Assembly: GCF_011386835.1 (NCBI RefSeq)
Contig: NC_088791.1
Span: forward strand, 149,730,001 to 149,794,000
DNA length: 64,000 nt
Direction of reading: 5' to 3'
Source of the DNA: Chrysemys picta bellii
Taxonomy: Eukaryota
The notes under the pieces were generated by a model that worked only from the letters and a program-made list of their open reading frames with translations, was not told where the DNA came from and did no database searches. Position 1 is the first letter of the stretch, and every line of letters starts with the position of its first letter. Of the stretch, positions 61,087 through 64,000 are shown piece by piece. A program made the translations under genes and the position numbers.

Positions 61087-61134
61087 CATAGTGCAGTAGG
61101 CATTTCCTGTACTAAGAAGTACTGTAATTAGAAC

Positions 61135-61151
61135 TACCACTAGAGGGCACT
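61135..61151 (+). promoter_or_regulatory. CTCF-like core motif with possible upstream module
   Basis: CCACTAGAGGGCAC at 61137-61150, preceded by TGTAAT 8 nt upstream. Confidence 0.45.
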
Positions 61152-62519
61152 CCATACAGAATGCCCCTACAGCTGGTATATCATGAGATCCCTGTGTGCT
61201 GCTTGCGTGGGCAGCAGTTGCATGGTTGACTCATGAAGAAGCCTGAAAAACGTACAGATAAATGCAACTAACCTGCCTCCATCTAGAGGCCCTTTCCCAT
61301 TGTGAGAAAACCCAGTTCTGGCTTCTGTGGTGTTTTAAACATTGCTGTCACATTACGCAACTGAGTTCCGGTCAGCTGCCTCGACGGTCAGCGCCCTTCC
61401 TTCCGATCACACGTTCCAACCACGAAGATGTATCATTGTGTGTATGTAAGGATTAATTGTGAGGTTATGAGATCGGAGCAGGGAGACCCACCTCTGAGTT
61501 CTCTCTGTGTTTACTACTTGCCAAAGGCACTTTCACTGTGACTTGACTGAGAGGGCAGGACTGCAAGCATTGGGGAGCTGCTGCTGGCAAGCAGGAAGAC
61601 AATTTAGCAGTGTGGGTGTCGTTACTAGAGCCATCGGCCCCTGTGGTAGAAATCAAAGTGGAGGAGGAGCTGACATAGACAAGGGGAATTGTTTGTTCAG
61701 CTCAAGATCAGAGGCCCTTGTTTTGAAAGCTCAGTATTTTATTCTCTCCATAATCCGTTAATTGCTGGTCTGGGGAGGTGGATATGGATGGTCTCCAGAG
61801 CTGTAGAGCTAGTTGGATGGCTCTTGGTAGCACGCTGTAAATAAGTCCCAGTGGGAATCTGCATATGTAAACAGCTTCTCTGCTGGCACCCAGGCCTGTT
61901 GACACAGCATCAGCCCTGCCTTAGTTTGGGGCAAATTCTGTTTGTAATTACCATCATATAACCCTGGACTAAATCCACTGAGGTCAATCAATTGACACGG
62001 AACTTACACCGGTGAAAGTCAGCGCCGATATGGGCCGTCAGAGCATGGTTGGAAAATGGTAACTATTTTCCTCGAAAATATCTATAAGAAATTATTTTTT
62101 AAAAATGTGTGGAGGTTTTATTCCCCTTAACATTTTCATGGCAATTTTTTGGGTTGTTGTTGGAAAAACAGATAAAATTTGTTTATTTTTTGTCAAAAAC
62201 CTGGAAAATGTGGGCCAAAATGATGATTTTCTATTAAAAAAAATTCATTTCCATAAAATAGCCCTTTTTCATCTTTTTATTTTCTTCAAATGAAAAAAAA
62301 CTGACTAGCACCAGGGGCCAGGCAGGCTCCTGGGCAATGAATAAGGCACGGATACACCCCTGGACCAGCAAAGATTAAAAATAAATGCTTCCAGGCGGGC
62401 AGGCTCAGTGGTCTTTGCCCTCTCTGAGGACAAAGCGACCTTCTGTCACTCGTTAGTAGGAGAGATCAGGGACTGACTCAGTGCCCTGACACATTCCTAA
62501 TTAGCCAATGGCACTCTGA

Positions 62520-62833
62520 GTATAGCCTGTTTCACTGGATTGAATGAAATAAAATCAGTTCAATACCCAGTGGCCAGGGATCCACATCACAAAAACACCC
62601 TACAACCAATAGCCCCCCCAGGAATCAGGTCTCCAACCAGGACTGAAAAGGGCTGTGGAGAGTGAGCTCCCCCTCACCCGACAGAGGATCCCCTCCAGGG
62701 AGGCTCGCTGCGGGGCGGGGATGGTGTGTATGGGGAGATTGCCTTGCTACTGCCCATTCTGTCCCCTTTCTGTGGCTAAGGGCAGGTTGCTAATCTTCCA
62801 GGCTGTCAATATAGGAAGCCTTTCAGCTGTGCT
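62520..62833 (+). mobile_element. LF-SINE (ancient SINE) 3' portion
   Basis: cagtggccagggatccacatcacaaaaacacc...ggactgaa..ggg..gtggaga..ccctccagg...actgcccat..tgt..ttctgtgg..tccaggctgtcaat..cctttca follows the LF-SINE consensus as recalled. Confidence 0.65.
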
Positions 62834-63305
62834 AGAGACATAGAACATACAGAGAGACACACATACGGGCTTGTCGCAGTGTTTATAAATGGGTTAGGTA
62901 ATAATCCAATCTGGGCACTGTCCGTCTAGTTGGGCTTTGTTCTCCTGATGTAGCTGGAATACGGTCAGTCTGCAGCATGTTCCTTGCTACTGTGATTTGC
63001 ATTCATGAAAAGGAACTGACAGTTTTACACTGAAGGAGTAGAAAAGCACGTGAATGGGACTCTGGGGTTTACAGCATGGCATGTCCCCAGGGCTTTAATA
63101 TGTAGCGCTGGCACCTTGAGCTGTCTAGTGTAAATTTAGCTGTGGGTTTTATTGTGACTGTTAACCTGTGCTTGGACTAAGGCTATGTCTAGACAGCTGC
63201 AGTTATGCTGCTGTCATCTAGAAACCTGTGATAGTGATGGAGGGTTTTTTTTTTTCATCACTGTAGTAAATCCACCCACTTAAGAGGCGGTAGCTAGGTC
63301 AATGG

Positions 63306-64000
63306 TGTCACACTGTCTGGAATGGCTCATGACCATGAGTGCCAACCTCCAGGCAGACTGTTAAGAAACAGGGCATGAACCCCAAACTGGTTGTGAGTTC
63401 TCTATTTAGATTTCACCAACCAAGTATCGTCTGTGAACTTCTCAAGGGCTATAACAGCATTAACATGGAGTCAGAGACAGTCCAGTCTGTCTTGACACCC
63501 AGGTGAGCCTGCCTTTGTAATAGAGAGTCCCTTACACCAAAAAGCACACTAATATTCAGGTTACTCCCAGTCCCAAAGGACCAGTCGCTTACCCCAGTCA
63601 AGTGCAACCTAGATCTCTCGCCAAAGACAATCCTATAATAAACTAACTAAAGGTTTATTAACTAGGAAGAAGAACTAGAGTTATTTACAAGGTTAAAGCA
63701 GGTAAACATACACACACAAATGATTTACAGTCTTAGGTTCCAAAAGATGATAGTAGCTGGTATATATGCTTTATATGTCCTTTAAAGATAATCCAAGCTA
63801 AACCTCTAGGGACCCCTTGCTTATGCTTAGAAATCTTCACCCCTCTGAGTTCAAGCAGCATCGGGATACAATTTCTCCTTATCAGGGATTTTTATTCCCT
63901 TCCCCCAGCATTCAAGCTGTGACGGGATGAGCGCTTGTGCAGGTCCCTTCTTCATAGGTGTGTGGGGACCAATCCACAACGTCTTTTATCCACTGATGTT
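63306..64000 (-). mobile_element. LTR (minus orientation), inserted into a Harbinger MITE, runs off window
   Basis: Begins TGTCA at 63306; minus-strand AATAAA (tttatt near 63655). Confidence 0.65.

Overview
Eukaryotic, CpG-depleted, repeat-rich vertebrate DNA. The repeat complement (DIRS retrotransposon, Harbinger and hAT MITEs, tortoise-type tRNA/CR1 SINE, Penelope termini, AmnSINE1, LF-SINE, MIR, CR1, L2) points to a turtle; this is inferred from recalled family consensuses, not from a search. There are no prokaryotic features, CRISPR arrays, rRNA or intact tRNA genes, and almost all track ORFs are TE fragments or chance ORFs. The 1-18 kb region appears to hold the 3' end of an unidentified + strand gene built from small symmetric phase-1 exons (1243-1323, 7366-7446, 11896-11967, 13467-13502, a frameshifted copy at 14775-14842, and a terminal exon at 17735-17769). 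Spliced, they give an acidic low-complexity tail containing DYENI and ending ERVYH*. The exons were multiplied by nested local tandem duplications that also copied parts of a DIRS element. That element (gag-like, RT, RNase H, methyltransferase-like, tyrosine recombinase; all decayed) is visible at both its filled and empty GTT target sites. The 18-64 kb region is intergenic or intronic. It contains a truncated Harbinger (nuclease and Myb genes), a hAT transposase remnant, solo LTRs and many MITEs with clear TSDs. It also has four short Penelope-terminus insertions (three with 9-11 bp TSDs; two with a full-length minimal hammerhead-ribozyme fold), two divergently oriented CTCF-like motifs, and several TE-free, CpG-retaining or TAAT-rich blocks that look like conserved non-coding elements.
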